Below are positions 1 to 9,234 of a DNA stretch of 57,600 bases, one piece after another. The stretch comes from a virus (Duplodnaviria > Caudoviricetes), in IMG/VR virus record IMGVR_UViG_3300044490_000059, positions 1-57,600 of that record; one strand, given 5' to 3'. Each line of letters opens with the position of its first letter. The stretch's first letter is position 1. The translations under genes and the position numbers were made by a program. Under the pieces are notes generated by a model. The model ran no database searches. It was not told the origin of the DNA and was given only the letters and a program-made list of their open reading frames with translations.

Positions 1-134
1 AGCAAACCACGGGAGCTTCTGCGGCGACGTTTGTGCAGAATAGCGGCAATGCCGTCAACGATGCGAGTACGTTCGACGGTTACACGATTGCTCAAATGGC
101 GAAGATCATTCGAACTTTAGGATTGGCAGCATAA
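1..134 (+). CDS. 3' end of a fibre-like structural protein (partial)
   Basis: Frame 3 reads QTTGASAATFVQNSGNAVNDASTFDGYTIAQMAKIIRTLGLAA-stop; TAA 132-134 overlaps the next ATG; the ending resembles phage fibre C-termini. Confidence 0.6.
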   Translation, partial: QTTGASAATFVQNSGNAVNDASTFDGYTIAQMAKIIRTLGLAA

Positions 135-595
135 TGGCAATCTCACTCTTACAGCACGGCGGCGTGGTGGCTCTGGGTTACGACTCCGTGACCAACGAGC
201 GCGGCTTCCTGTTGAAGATGATTAACAGGACCGGACACTCCTCGGTCAAAGGGGAACTCGTCGCACCATACGGAACGACTGACCGCGAGGTCATCTTGCA
301 AGCCAGCGAATATGATACCATCGGCATCGTGCAGGAGGCTGGGATTGCCGAGGGTTCTGAGATGTGGGTTTGGCAGGTGGGATCGGTCTGCCAAGCGCTA
401 CTGAAGAATAGCGTGACGGCGGCGCGTGGTGAACTGGCTTTAGCCGCCGATACCGATGGGCGAATGGATCGCACAACGAATCCCGGCACTGGATTGCCGG
501 GAACCGATACGCACTTCAAGGAGGTAGGCCACGTCCTTTCCAATGCCGGTCCTGGCACTGACGTGCTCTGCTTAATTTCCTTCCATCTTAACTGA
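134..595 (+). CDS. hypothetical virion protein (153 aa)
   Basis: Coupled by a TAATG overlap; G/A/T-rich beta-like composition; structural gene context. Confidence 0.6.
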   Translation: MAISLLQHGGVVALGYDSVTNERGFLLKMINRTGHSSVKGELVAPYGTTDREVILQASEYDTIGIVQEAGIAEGSEMWVWQVGSVCQALLKNSVTAARGELALAADTDGRMDRTTNPGTGLPGTDTHFKEVGHVLSNAGPGTDVLCLISFHLN

Positions 596-606
596 GGAGT
601 TCAACT

Positions 607-930
607 ATGGCGTCGATTACCGTTACGTTTCTGGACCGCACCTTCACGGTCGAGTATCCCGACGCGGTGAAGGGTGTGATTCTGGACGACCTGTGTGAGC
701 GGTACGGGTATCAGTTCTTTGTACCCAACCCCAACCAAGGCCCCACTGAACCGCCGATGATCGTCAACCCGGAGGACAGAACAACATTCGTGGTCAATCG
801 GATCGTGACCGAACTGTTGCAGCCGAGCAAGAACAAGCTGCGCCAAGCGGCGATTCAGCAGGCTGAGGCGGCGGTTCAAAAGAAAATCGAGGAGGCGTTC
901 GGAGGTATCAGTATCAACGAGGTGGAGTGA
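607..930 (+). CDS. hypothetical protein (107 aa)
   Basis: GAGGAG RBS; tightly packed ORF. Confidence 0.65.
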   Translation: MASITVTFLDRTFTVEYPDAVKGVILDDLCERYGYQFFVPNPNQGPTEPPMIVNPEDRTTFVVNRIVTELLQPSKNKLRQAAIQQAEAAVQKKIEEAFGGISINEVE

Positions 931-1256
931 TGAAGGTTGATTTCTCACAAGCGATTCTCGATCTCCAGGGTAAGCCCATCAAATCCAAGGAAGACGAAGT
1001 TGAGCTGACCCTAACCCTGGAGCGCGTGGCGGTCAGCGCTCTGTTGCAGCCCTCCAAGGATGAGACGGGCGAGGACAAGTACAAGAAGTACGGCTTCATG
1101 AAGCGCATTCATGAGGCAAAGGAGCCGGTGGAGCTGAAGTCCGAGGAGGTCAGCTTCATCAAAAAGGCCATTGGTGACTCGGCTTTCACGGCTCTGGTGG
1201 TGGGGCAGGCATGGGATCTGCTCGAAGGTAAGCAGGTAGAAGCCAAGGTGGAGTAA
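927..1256 (+). CDS. putative tail fibre assembly/chaperone-like protein
   Basis: MKVDFSQAILDLQGKPI...VELKSEE...LVVGQAWDLLEG resembles small proteins that follow fibre genes; start overlaps the upstream stop. Confidence 0.5.
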   Translation: MMKVDFSQAILDLQGKPIKSKEDEVELTLTLERVAVSALLQPSKDETGEDKYKKYGFMKRIHEAKEPVELKSEEVSFIKKAIGDSAFTALVVGQAWDLLEGKQVEAKVE

Positions 1257-1257
1257 C

Positions 1258-2040
1258 ATGCCCAACAACGTCGTGTCCATCCCCTATCTGGTAACTGGTG
1301 CCAAGCTGTACGCTACCATTCGTGACCGGAATGGTAAGGTCTGGAACGGGTCATCCTTTGAGGTCTACGCAACGGCCAACCTCGCCAACTACGACGTAGC
1401 GCTGACCGAACAGGGCACGGCCAGCAAGATCTACGCCTTCACGTTTCCAGCCGGGATCACCACGGTTGGGGATTACAAGTGTGCGATTTACGTGTATGCC
1501 GTAGATGGTATTCCCGCCGAGACTGACGCGGGACCCGTCTGGTTGGAAGACCTCTATTGGGACGGGGACTCCCTGGCCTCCGGCGCTGAGGAAGTCTGGT
1601 CCTACGGCACTCGCACGCTGACCCAGACCGGAGCCTCCCTGGCAGCTGTAGTTGATGGCACCAGCCTCACCCTCCACCGAGGAGATACCCTTTCCCTCTC
1701 CCTGACGGGGGTGGGTAACATTTCCTCCAGAAACAAGCTCTGGTGGGCGTGGAAGGATTCCCCCAACCGTCCCGATTCCGAGTCCCAGCTCTACGTGGAG
1801 GAAACTCTGGGTCTGGTCTACGTGGGAGGTTCCACCCCCACCACCGGCCAAAGCGCTTCCATCACCGTCACCAACGCCACCACCGGGAACTTGACCATCA
1901 CAGTTTCCGCTGCCGCCATGGCTGCCCTTTCGGCTGCCAGTGGCACCTGGGAGCTGCAAATGCTTTCCGGCAGTACCGTCACTACGCTACAATCAGGAAC
2001 CGTGGAAGTCACCTCCGATGTGGTCCTAGCTACCTCCTGA
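1258..2040 (+). CDS. structural protein with C-terminal BppU-like beta-sandwich
   Basis: LHRGDTLSLSLT...GNLTITVS...WELQM...TTLQSGTVEV pattern; T/S/G-rich. Confidence 0.55.
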   Translation: MPNNVVSIPYLVTGAKLYATIRDRNGKVWNGSSFEVYATANLANYDVALTEQGTASKIYAFTFPAGITTVGDYKCAIYVYAVDGIPAETDAGPVWLEDLYWDGDSLASGAEEVWSYGTRTLTQTGASLAAVVDGTSLTLHRGDTLSLSLTGVGNISSRNKLWWAWKDSPNRPDSESQLYVEETLGLVYVGGSTPTTGQSASITVTNATTGNLTITVSAAAMAALSAASGTWELQMLSGSTVTTLQSGTVEVTSDVVLATS

Positions 2041-2050
2041 GGGAGATCTC

Positions 2051-2551
2051 ATGGAAACCATCTCCTATACCTATACCTCCCGTGCCGACATCGAAGGCGT
2101 GTTCTCTGCCGTAGGGGTCTCCCTGCGCGTGGACGACCTGACCAGCACGACTGCCCTGACCGCTTTCTGGAACGACCTGATCTACGAAGCCACGGACATC
2201 ATCAACCAATACTGCGAGATGTACTATGCTCCCGCTGACCTTGCCACCTCCTACTGGGTGAAGGTTCGTACCAAGTGGATCGGGGCCTACCTGCTTTCCC
2301 AGAGAAGAGCCAACCCGGCTCTCTTTCTCCAGCGCTACGAGGAGATCATTGAGGAGCTGATCCAGGTTTCCCAGGGAATGCTCATCATCCCCCGTCTCCC
2401 TACCCGCTCCGACCTCGTACCCTCCCTGTCCAACCTCATCGTGGATGACCGCTACCGGATCCGTAAGCTCCGCGTCCACCCGGAAATCAGCACCGGTCGC
2501 ACCTCCAGCCGACAAGAGCTGTCTGTGGAACCAGTCACTGACATCATGTGA
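2051..2551 (+). CDS. head-tail adaptor (Mu gp36/DUF1320-like)
   Basis: N-terminal YTSRADIE, EATDIINQY, RYEEIIEELIQV; size and position fit. Confidence 0.6.
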   Translation: METISYTYTSRADIEGVFSAVGVSLRVDDLTSTTALTAFWNDLIYEATDIINQYCEMYYAPADLATSYWVKVRTKWIGAYLLSQRRANPALFLQRYEEIIEELIQVSQGMLIIPRLPTRSDLVPSLSNLIVDDRYRIRKLRVHPEISTGRTSSRQELSVEPVTDIM

Positions 2552-2576
2552 TTGTTTCCACACTATGAGTAGTGAC

Positions 2577-3335
2577 ATGCCCACTCCCGTCAAGAGCGTG
2601 AACCAGCTACGTCTGGTGGAGAAAGCCACCCGGCTGATCCAGCAACTGACGGGCGACAAACCCACTCCGGGAGAGGTGGATCAGTCGGGCTCCTTCTGGG
2701 CCCATTTCGCCCAGGAGTTCTTCTCCCTGGTGCATCGCTCCTACTTGGTGCGCAGCCGAGGTAGCAGTGACGACCTGGGCCAATCCTGGCAGCCCTTGAA
2801 ACCCAAGACCATCCGCCGCAAGCTCAAGCTCGCCAAGCGCCACAAGCGGGTGCCTGCGTCCCAGCGGAAATTCCTCAAGTCCCGGCTGCGTTCGGGGGAA
2901 CGGATCTGGGGCTTCATTTACTCCCGGGCCTTTTCCCGCCTGTCAGCCACCATGGGCCAGCGTGCCGCCCATCTGGAAGCTACCCGCATCGCCTGGGGTG
3001 TGGTGCAGTCCCTCGGCCACACGCCCGCCATCGACCCGCCCACCCGGGGCCAGTCCGTGCCCATCATGATCGACAGTGGGCGACTGATCCGCTCCTACTC
3101 CCCAGGCCGGGCGCGCGGCAACGTCTACGACCACCCCCAAGAGCAAGTCTTCCGGCATGAAGGGCAACTGGTGACCGTAGGCACCATGGTGCCCTACGCC
3201 GAATACGCGGAAAAAACCCGCCCCGTGCTCACCCAGGACTGTGGACCCTGGATCTCGCGGGCCTTGCGGAAGGCAGTCAGCTCCCTGGCGGGCAGGCTCA
3301 ACGGCACCGGACGACTGCGAGCCCGCGTGGGCTAG
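2577..3335 (+). CDS. virion morphogenesis protein (Mu gpG / Phage_tail_S-like)
   Basis: WQPLKPKTIRRK, IMIDSGRLIRS and VGTMVPYAEY motifs; start moved to ATG 2577 (2565 is also possible). Confidence 0.7.
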   Translation: MPTPVKSVNQLRLVEKATRLIQQLTGDKPTPGEVDQSGSFWAHFAQEFFSLVHRSYLVRSRGSSDDLGQSWQPLKPKTIRRKLKLAKRHKRVPASQRKFLKSRLRSGERIWGFIYSRAFSRLSATMGQRAAHLEATRIAWGVVQSLGHTPAIDPPTRGQSVPIMIDSGRLIRSYSPGRARGNVYDHPQEQVFRHEGQLVTVGTMVPYAEYAEKTRPVLTQDCGPWISRALRKAVSSLAGRLNGTGRLRARVG

Positions 3336-3366
3336 TTTTCCCCAGAGAAAGGGGTGGAGGGGTGGT

Positions 3367-3930
3367 ATGAGTCTGGGAAGGTTGCTGGTGGCCGTGCGGG
3401 ATACCTTGCGTACTGAACTGGTGGACTGGGACCAGCCCTTTGCCCCGCAGGACATCCTGGTCATGCCGGGCCCGGAACCGGCTCCCTATTGCGGGCAGCA
3501 CTTCATCTCTGTCTACGGCCTATCGTGGATTGCGGGAGGGGAGAGCGACAACCACCGGGGCCTGGATGAGCTGTACGGCATTTCCTGCGCCCTGAGTAGC
3601 CGTTCCCCGGTCTACCCCCCGGATCGTCGGGGAGACGAACTGTACGTCAAGCTCTACACGGGCATGGAGGACATCTGCCGGAAGATCATGATTGCCGTCC
3701 ACCAGTCCATAGTGGTGCAGCAAGCCTGGGATGCCCTGCTAATTGGCAAAACCCGCCAAACCAGCTACCACCTGAGCACCGAGTACCTGCGCTGGCAGGA
3801 CACCGACGCTGCTCCCCAGGTGGTGGATGGGACTTGGTTCAGTGCCGCCCCGGACGAAGCTGCGGGTTTGGTGATGGAGGTACGCTTCAGCAAAGCTCGG
3901 CGCATGCAAGCCCTCGACCGCCTGGAGTGA
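3367..3930 (+). CDS. putative tail terminator/neck protein
   Basis: GGAGGG RBS before ATG 3367; lies between neck and tail tube genes. Confidence 0.5.
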   Translation: MSLGRLLVAVRDTLRTELVDWDQPFAPQDILVMPGPEPAPYCGQHFISVYGLSWIAGGESDNHRGLDELYGISCALSSRSPVYPPDRRGDELYVKLYTGMEDICRKIMIAVHQSIVVQQAWDALLIGKTRQTSYHLSTEYLRWQDTDAAPQVVDGTWFSAAPDEAAGLVMEVRFSKARRMQALDRLE

Positions 3931-3945
3931 GCGGGAATTTCCCTG

Positions 3946-4368
3946 TTGGATACATCTGTGTCATCTGTGTCAGAAGGAGTGAACGTGTCTTCTCCCCTAC
4001 CCTACATCTGCGGCAGCCCACCCTGCCAGCAACGCCGCTGGCTGGAGCCCGACACCATCATCGCCTACTACGAAGGGCCGGATGAGCCCTGCGTCTACTG
4101 TGGACAGAAGGGCTTCCTCCGTTTGGGGGTGGTGACACATTTGATTCAACCCGATCCAAACGGTATCATACACGGCGTTGACATTGGCGGTGTTCCGACC
4201 GGCGTGCGTTGGGAGTTCCTCTGTGAGCGCTCCTATCGAGGCTACAGAGCCGCCCCCAACTCACCCCAGCATCCCAAGAGTTTCACGGCAGTTCCCAGCT
4301 CGGCTACCTGCCACGAGTGCTTGTTGGAGTTTGGTAAGCGAACCATTAGCTCGCGCCTCACGGCCTAA
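3946..4368 (+). CDS. Cys-rich hypothetical protein (putative Zn-binding)
   Basis: CGSPPC, CVYC and CHEC motifs; the true start may be near 3979-3985. Confidence 0.5.
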   Translation: MDTSVSSVSEGVNVSSPLPYICGSPPCQQRRWLEPDTIIAYYEGPDEPCVYCGQKGFLRLGVVTHLIQPDPNGIIHGVDIGGVPTGVRWEFLCERSYRGYRAAPNSPQHPKSFTAVPSSATCHECLLEFGKRTISSRLTA

Positions 4369-4382
4369 CCGAGGAGAAAATC

Positions 4383-4916
4383 ATGTTCGTAGCTGGTCCT
4401 TACACGGGCGCGTACGGTGGTACGGATCTGGGAGTCATCGAGCGGGGATTCGAGCTGGAACTCACCTCCTCTGCCGATCCCATTGTGGGTGACAACATGG
4501 GGGATGCCGTCCAGGATGAGGTCTACACGGGCGGCAACTGCTTCGTGAACTTCACCCTCCAGGAATACAACCACACTACCCTCCTCCCGGTTTTCTGGCC
4601 CTTCCATGCCACTCCGGGCTGTATGGGTTTGGTAGGGCGCATGAAGTGGGACTTGGTTCCCAGTCCGGGTCTGGTACTCAGCGCCGTGAACGGCACCCGG
4701 GCCTACAATACCGCCGCCAACTACAATGGTCCGGTGACCATCACCTTTGGCAAGGCGATCCTGGCAGCCGATCACACGATCCGCTTGCTCTATGCTGCCC
4801 GGCACCGGCAGATCCCCATTCGGATGCGGGCCTTTCCCTACTACGGCAGCTCCTACCCTACCCCCATTGCCAATGGCTCGACTGCCGCTGCTGCTACCCT
4901 GTTCGTGGTGGTGTGA
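4383..4916 (+). CDS. major tail tube protein
   Basis: GTDLGVIERGFELEL and VNFTLQEY patterns typical of tail tube proteins; GAGGAG RBS. Confidence 0.65.
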   Translation: MFVAGPYTGAYGGTDLGVIERGFELELTSSADPIVGDNMGDAVQDEVYTGGNCFVNFTLQEYNHTTLLPVFWPFHATPGCMGLVGRMKWDLVPSPGLVLSAVNGTRAYNTAANYNGPVTITFGKAILAADHTIRLLYAARHRQIPIRMRAFPYYGSSYPTPIANGSTAAAATLFVVV

Positions 4917-4951
4917 TTTTCCCGCGTTATCGCTAGTAAGGCTATCCATGA

Positions 4952-6649
4952 ATGGCCGACGAACACACCATCAGCTTTCGGTTGGAATCTGAGGGACCCG
5001 ACCCCAGCCCTTCTCCCGTTCGTCCTGCCACTCCCGAACAACTCGCCCAAGCCCTGGAGAGTCTTCGTCGTAACCAACCCGGGTCTCCTTCTACCCCCTC
5101 TGCATCCAGACGGGAGTCTCCCGCTCCTGCTCGCCGTTCGGAAGAAGGTTCGGCCAACATCCTGGGCTCAGTCACCGGACTCCTACACAGCCTGGGCGGC
5201 TCCTACGGACAGGTAGCCTCCATCCTGACCAGGATTACCTACATCCTGGAAGACGTACAACGGCAGCGGGAACGCGAGATCGAGGAGGCCAACCAGAGGG
5301 TTGTTCGGCAAATGGAGCGGGCTCCCGCTCCAGTAGAATCTCCCAGGCTACCAGTGCTCCCCCCACACCCCGATACCACTCCTGGGGGAGGACAATCACC
5401 GGAAGACTTCCAGAAGCAGGCTCGAGGATCCTTTTCCCGCCCGGTATCCGCTCCCCTGCCCCCACACCCGGACCTCCTACCCGGAGGACAGCCCGCTGGC
5501 GCAAACGGCGCTGGGTCTACAGCTGGATCCGGCGCTGGAACAGGGGCTGGAGGTGCTGGAGGACCATCCGGCTCTGGCGCATCGGGAAGTGGCTCAGGGA
5601 GTGGCACTGGCGGCGGTAGCGGAGGTGGTGGTGCTGGAGGAGGCGGGGGTTCTGGAGGAGGTGGAGGTAGTGGCGGCGGGGGTGGTGGCTCCGGTGGAGG
5701 TGGAGGCTCCGGTGGTGGGGGTGCTGGAGGTGGAGGCGGGGGAGGTGCCGGTGGTGGAGGCATGGGAGGTGGTGGTGGCAGCTGGGCCGCTACCGCTGCC
5801 ACGGTAACCGCTACGGCAGCGCTCGTCTCGGCAATCGGGTTCATGGCTAACCGGGTGGTAGCGCTGATCGTCGGCCTGGAACGTACAGCCGGAGAGGCAC
5901 TCCGTACTGCCACTAGGGCTATCTTCTCGGACTTTACCGATCCCACACTACTGGAGGGTTACTCCAAGATGGTTGTGGGCGGGATGCGCATGAGCACTGC
6001 GATAGGGCCCCAAGCACAGGCTTTAGAGCCCCTGATCGTGGCTGCCGAAGAGTCCTTGGGGGTCTTGCAGGAGATCAACAAGGGCATCATAGGGATGGCG
6101 CAGTCCGTGGAGGGTCTTTCCCCGGAAGTCACTGCTGCCACTGCCGAAACTCAGGTACGCCTCCTCATGGCTCGTTTCGGAAGGGCAGCCGAAATTGGCG
6201 ACCGGTTGGGCAAGATCACCGAACTACGGGGAGAAATGGCAACTACCCTGACGGAGATCAGCACCAACCTCGCCAAGGGCTTCTTGCCTATCGCGGAGGA
6301 ACTCTTGGAGAAGGTGGTTTCCATCCTCTCCTGGATCAAGTGGATGACGGACAACCTACCGCTGGAGACTGTGGGCACCTTCATTGCCAGTTACCCCGAC
6401 ATCCTGTATCACGTTATCACCGGCAGTCCTCTCCTGGCGATCAAGGACATCAAGGACTTGTTGGATAACATCGACAAGAATACCCGACCGGAAGACCAGC
6501 AGGATCAGACAGTTCTGGATGACATCCACAAGTTCTTGACTTCGGAAATTCCCACTGGCCCGGAATACGGAGGACCTCCGGCACCTCGTAAGGGTGGTGG
6601 CAAAGGTGGTGGCAAGGACGAGGCAGCAGCTGGAGGAGGAGGCCCGTAA
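4952..6649 (+). CDS. tape-measure-like protein with Pro-rich and poly-Gly insert
   Basis: Follows the tail tube gene; amphipathic helical C-terminal half; Gly/Ser/Ala tract of about 95 aa at ~5500-5790. Confidence 0.5.
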   Translation: MADEHTISFRLESEGPDPSPSPVRPATPEQLAQALESLRRNQPGSPSTPSASRRESPAPARRSEEGSANILGSVTGLLHSLGGSYGQVASILTRITYILEDVQRQREREIEEANQRVVRQMERAPAPVESPRLPVLPPHPDTTPGGGQSPEDFQKQARGSFSRPVSAPLPPHPDLLPGGQPAGANGAGSTAGSGAGTGAGGAGGPSGSGASGSGSGSGTGGGSGGGGAGGGGGSGGGGGSGGGGGGSGGGGGSGGGGAGGGGGGGAGGGGMGGGGGSWAATAATVTATAALVSAIGFMANRVVALIVGLERTAGEALRTATRAIFSDFTDPTLLEGYSKMVVGGMRMSTAIGPQAQALEPLIVAAEESLGVLQEINKGIIGMAQSVEGLSPEVTAATAETQVRLLMARFGRAAEIGDRLGKITELRGEMATTLTEISTNLAKGFLPIAEELLEKVVSILSWIKWMTDNLPLETVGTFIASYPDILYHVITGSPLLAIKDIKDLLDNIDKNTRPEDQQDQTVLDDIHKFLTSEIPTGPEYGGPPAPRKGGGKGGGKDEAAAGGGGP

Positions 6650-8607
6650 TGGCCGGTCAAGAGTTCGGACGTATCGGACGGGTAGCCTATAACGGCTTTG
6701 TGTTTCCACCCGCCATCAGCTCCAAGGTGGTAGCAGAACCGCAGTACGACAGCGCCCAGCGGGCTGTGAAGTACACCTCCTACACCCTCTCCCTGGAGTG
6801 TGTCATCACCCCCGGGGATTTTCCCTTGCGGGAGAAAGGGGATGGCAACACCGTCCTGAGTGCCGATGGCAACCTGGAGTTGATCCGTCAGAAGTTGACC
6901 AAGCCCGGCCAGCGCCTCAACTTTGCCCTGCAAGGACTGGGTTACGACTTCAAGATCAACTACAGCACCGACAACTGGGTCAATGGCACCGTGGATGCCC
7001 TGTTCGGTCCCAAGCCGGATCTGCTGGTCTGGGAGCCGTTAGGGTCCAACATGGCTGTCCGGGTGGTCTGGACTTGCGAGGTCCATCTGTATGCCGGGGC
7101 GGAAGGTTCCTCGGCTCCCTTCACTTCCCATCTGTGTGAGTACACCTACGAGATCGGCTGGTCGATCAATGAGGATGGGATGTCGGTGCGCACGATCAAC
7201 GGCACGCTCGGCATCCTGGGCAACAAGCAGATCCTGACCACCAACCCGGGAGCGGGTGAGGAAGAAACCAACACGGATGAGAGTGCCATCATCATTGCCC
7301 AGGCTGACACGCATCGTAAGCAGATCATCGACCACACCCCACCCATCCCTGGCTTCCTGCGTAACCAGGAGTTCAACCTTAACCGCCAGAAGAACGAGCT
7401 GCGCTGGCGGATCCAGGACACGGAGATTGCCAGCGATAACGTCTACCCGCAGTACATCCTGGACATGGACATCGAGCATGAAGCTAGCACTGGTTTCGGC
7501 AAGTCCGGGATCTTCGAGGGTAAAGGGTTCATCACTTGGAAGAGCAGTCTCTCTGGGACGATCAAATTGGCTCCGGGGGCCCAGCGTAATCTGGCCTGGA
7601 ACGCCTTTGTGATGGTGGTCAAGGATCGGCTCCAGAACCTGGAGGTCCGCAATCTCAAGGCCAAGATCGAGGAACAAACGGTAGCTCAGAGTGATAACGA
7701 CCGGGAGAACAAGGGAGCTGTCCGCAAGGGCTGGTACATGCCCGTCCACCTGGGTATCCGGGAGAAGATCTTCCGCCGCGAGTTCCACTTCGACTTCCAG
7801 TACCTGATGCTCTGTGACTTGGCCGAGTTCTGGAAGACCAGCCGGTTGTTCTACCTCCTGAGCGACACCAAGGACGGCAAGAAGACCTGGGTGCAGCACG
7901 CGGCTTCCCTGGCTGTTAGTGTGACCAATGCGCGCGGTTATGCCGAGCTAGGTCTTTGCGCTGGGAATGCTGGGGCTTTCGATCTGATCGTGGATGTGGA
8001 ATCCTACAACACCAACGGCCTGCTACCTACGATTTGCAACGACCGCTCCGGCAACGTGTATGACCCCCAGGCGGAAGATCCCAATACGGATCAGGCGATC
8101 TTCAACCGCAAACCTCCCAGCGCCGACCAGAGCTGGGTGGATTACCAGAACGACATCTACATTGAGGAAATTCCCAACGCCTTGCAGTACGGCAGACTCA
8201 GTGCCGCTGACCAGAGTTACTACCAGAGCGCTTATGATGGTCAGGGTGGCTACCATACCGTTACCCCGTCCTCCCAAGGGTTCAACATTTTGGGGCGCAC
8301 GGAGGCTCCCCGGACTACTTACCAGCACACAGTCCAGATCCGAGGCATCCCCCAGTACATCATCACCATGCGGGGCTACGGCATCCGGGCCAACTACTCT
8401 GTCCCCGCCCCTCCCCTAAGGCAGATCTGTGGTCAGCAGACCACCCGCCTGGGAGGACGTTGGACCCACAAACAGCTGGTCAAGAGCAGCTTCTCTCCCC
8501 TTTACTGCGGAGCTTGGGTAGAATCGTATCGGATTCCTACGGAGGTCGCCGGGAAATTCCTGACCGGAGATGCTTTGTGGGATGGTATTCCGGCCCAGTA
8601 TGCGTGA
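6649..8607 (+). CDS. putative tail hub/baseplate protein (652 aa)
   Basis: Coupled to the TMP-like gene; aromatic, beta-rich sequence. Confidence 0.5.
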   Translation: MAGQEFGRIGRVAYNGFVFPPAISSKVVAEPQYDSAQRAVKYTSYTLSLECVITPGDFPLREKGDGNTVLSADGNLELIRQKLTKPGQRLNFALQGLGYDFKINYSTDNWVNGTVDALFGPKPDLLVWEPLGSNMAVRVVWTCEVHLYAGAEGSSAPFTSHLCEYTYEIGWSINEDGMSVRTINGTLGILGNKQILTTNPGAGEEETNTDESAIIIAQADTHRKQIIDHTPPIPGFLRNQEFNLNRQKNELRWRIQDTEIASDNVYPQYILDMDIEHEASTGFGKSGIFEGKGFITWKSSLSGTIKLAPGAQRNLAWNAFVMVVKDRLQNLEVRNLKAKIEEQTVAQSDNDRENKGAVRKGWYMPVHLGIREKIFRREFHFDFQYLMLCDLAEFWKTSRLFYLLSDTKDGKKTWVQHAASLAVSVTNARGYAELGLCAGNAGAFDLIVDVESYNTNGLLPTICNDRSGNVYDPQAEDPNTDQAIFNRKPPSADQSWVDYQNDIYIEEIPNALQYGRLSAADQSYYQSAYDGQGGYHTVTPSSQGFNILGRTEAPRTTYQHTVQIRGIPQYIITMRGYGIRANYSVPAPPLRQICGQQTTRLGGRWTHKQLVKSSFSPLYCGAWVESYRIPTEVAGKFLTGDALWDGIPAQYA

Positions 8608-8635
8608 GTTTTTCCCACCTTATCAGGAGTGAGAC

Positions 8636-8929
8636 ATGTCAGAACTTACCTTCCAAGTCCCCGAATCCACCCAGATCCGGGTTACCACCACCGGCCCCAC
8701 AGGAGAAGAGCAGCTGCTCTTCGTGGACGACTTGATCTCCCTGGATCAGGAACTCTCAGCCAGCCAGGAGAACATCACCAACGACCAGCTGGTAGCCAAG
8801 CGCGAGATCTGGACAGGCCGTTTCGCGGCTGCCCTGTCGGCCAAGCATGGAGTGGAAATCTCCCCCGGCAAAGCCTACTTCCTGGCGGCGCATGTCAGCC
8901 GGGAAATGCGGAGAATACTGGGAAACTGA
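8636..8929 (+). CDS. tail assembly chaperone (lambda gpG-like), short form
   Basis: AGGAG RBS; ends CTG GGA AAC TGA, containing the slippery heptamer G GGA AAC. Confidence 0.7.
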   Translation: MSELTFQVPESTQIRVTTTGPTGEEQLLFVDDLISLDQELSASQENITNDQLVAKREIWTGRFAAALSAKHGVEISPGKAYFLAAHVSREMRRILGN

Positions 8930-9192
8930 TCGGTCTCGCCCGCGTCTGGCGGGCCTTCGGCGGGAATGTTTCGCAGTTCTCGCCAGCCGTGTTATACTAC
9001 CTCCACTGCCTGCTACCCCGCCTGGAGGCTGAGGAGGAGTTGCGGGCGAGACGGACTCAGGGCCAGTTATCGCCGGAACGGCTGTATCACCTAGTCCTGG
9101 TAACCACTGGTGACGAGAAGCTGGCTGCCCAAGCCCAGGCCGACTTCTTGCTGGAGATCATGAAGCAGCGCCCAGCTGACCGCTCTCCGTAA
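8636..9192 (+). CDS. tail assembly chaperone, -1 frameshifted long form (gpGT-like)
   Basis: GGGAAAC at 8920-8926; the -1 frame is open to 9192 (KLIGLARVWRAFGG...). Confidence 0.7.
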
Positions 9193-9234
9193 CCAGTCCC
9201 CCTAGCGGTTGGCTGGGCCTTCAAGGAGCAAGGC

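Noticed and set aside
5239-5946. Minus-strand poly-Pro ORF
   Set aside because: Antisense shadow of the poly-Gly tract
8629-9192. Independent 187-aa gene
   Set aside because: Its first half overlaps the RBS-supported 8636 ORF; better explained as the -1 frameshift extension
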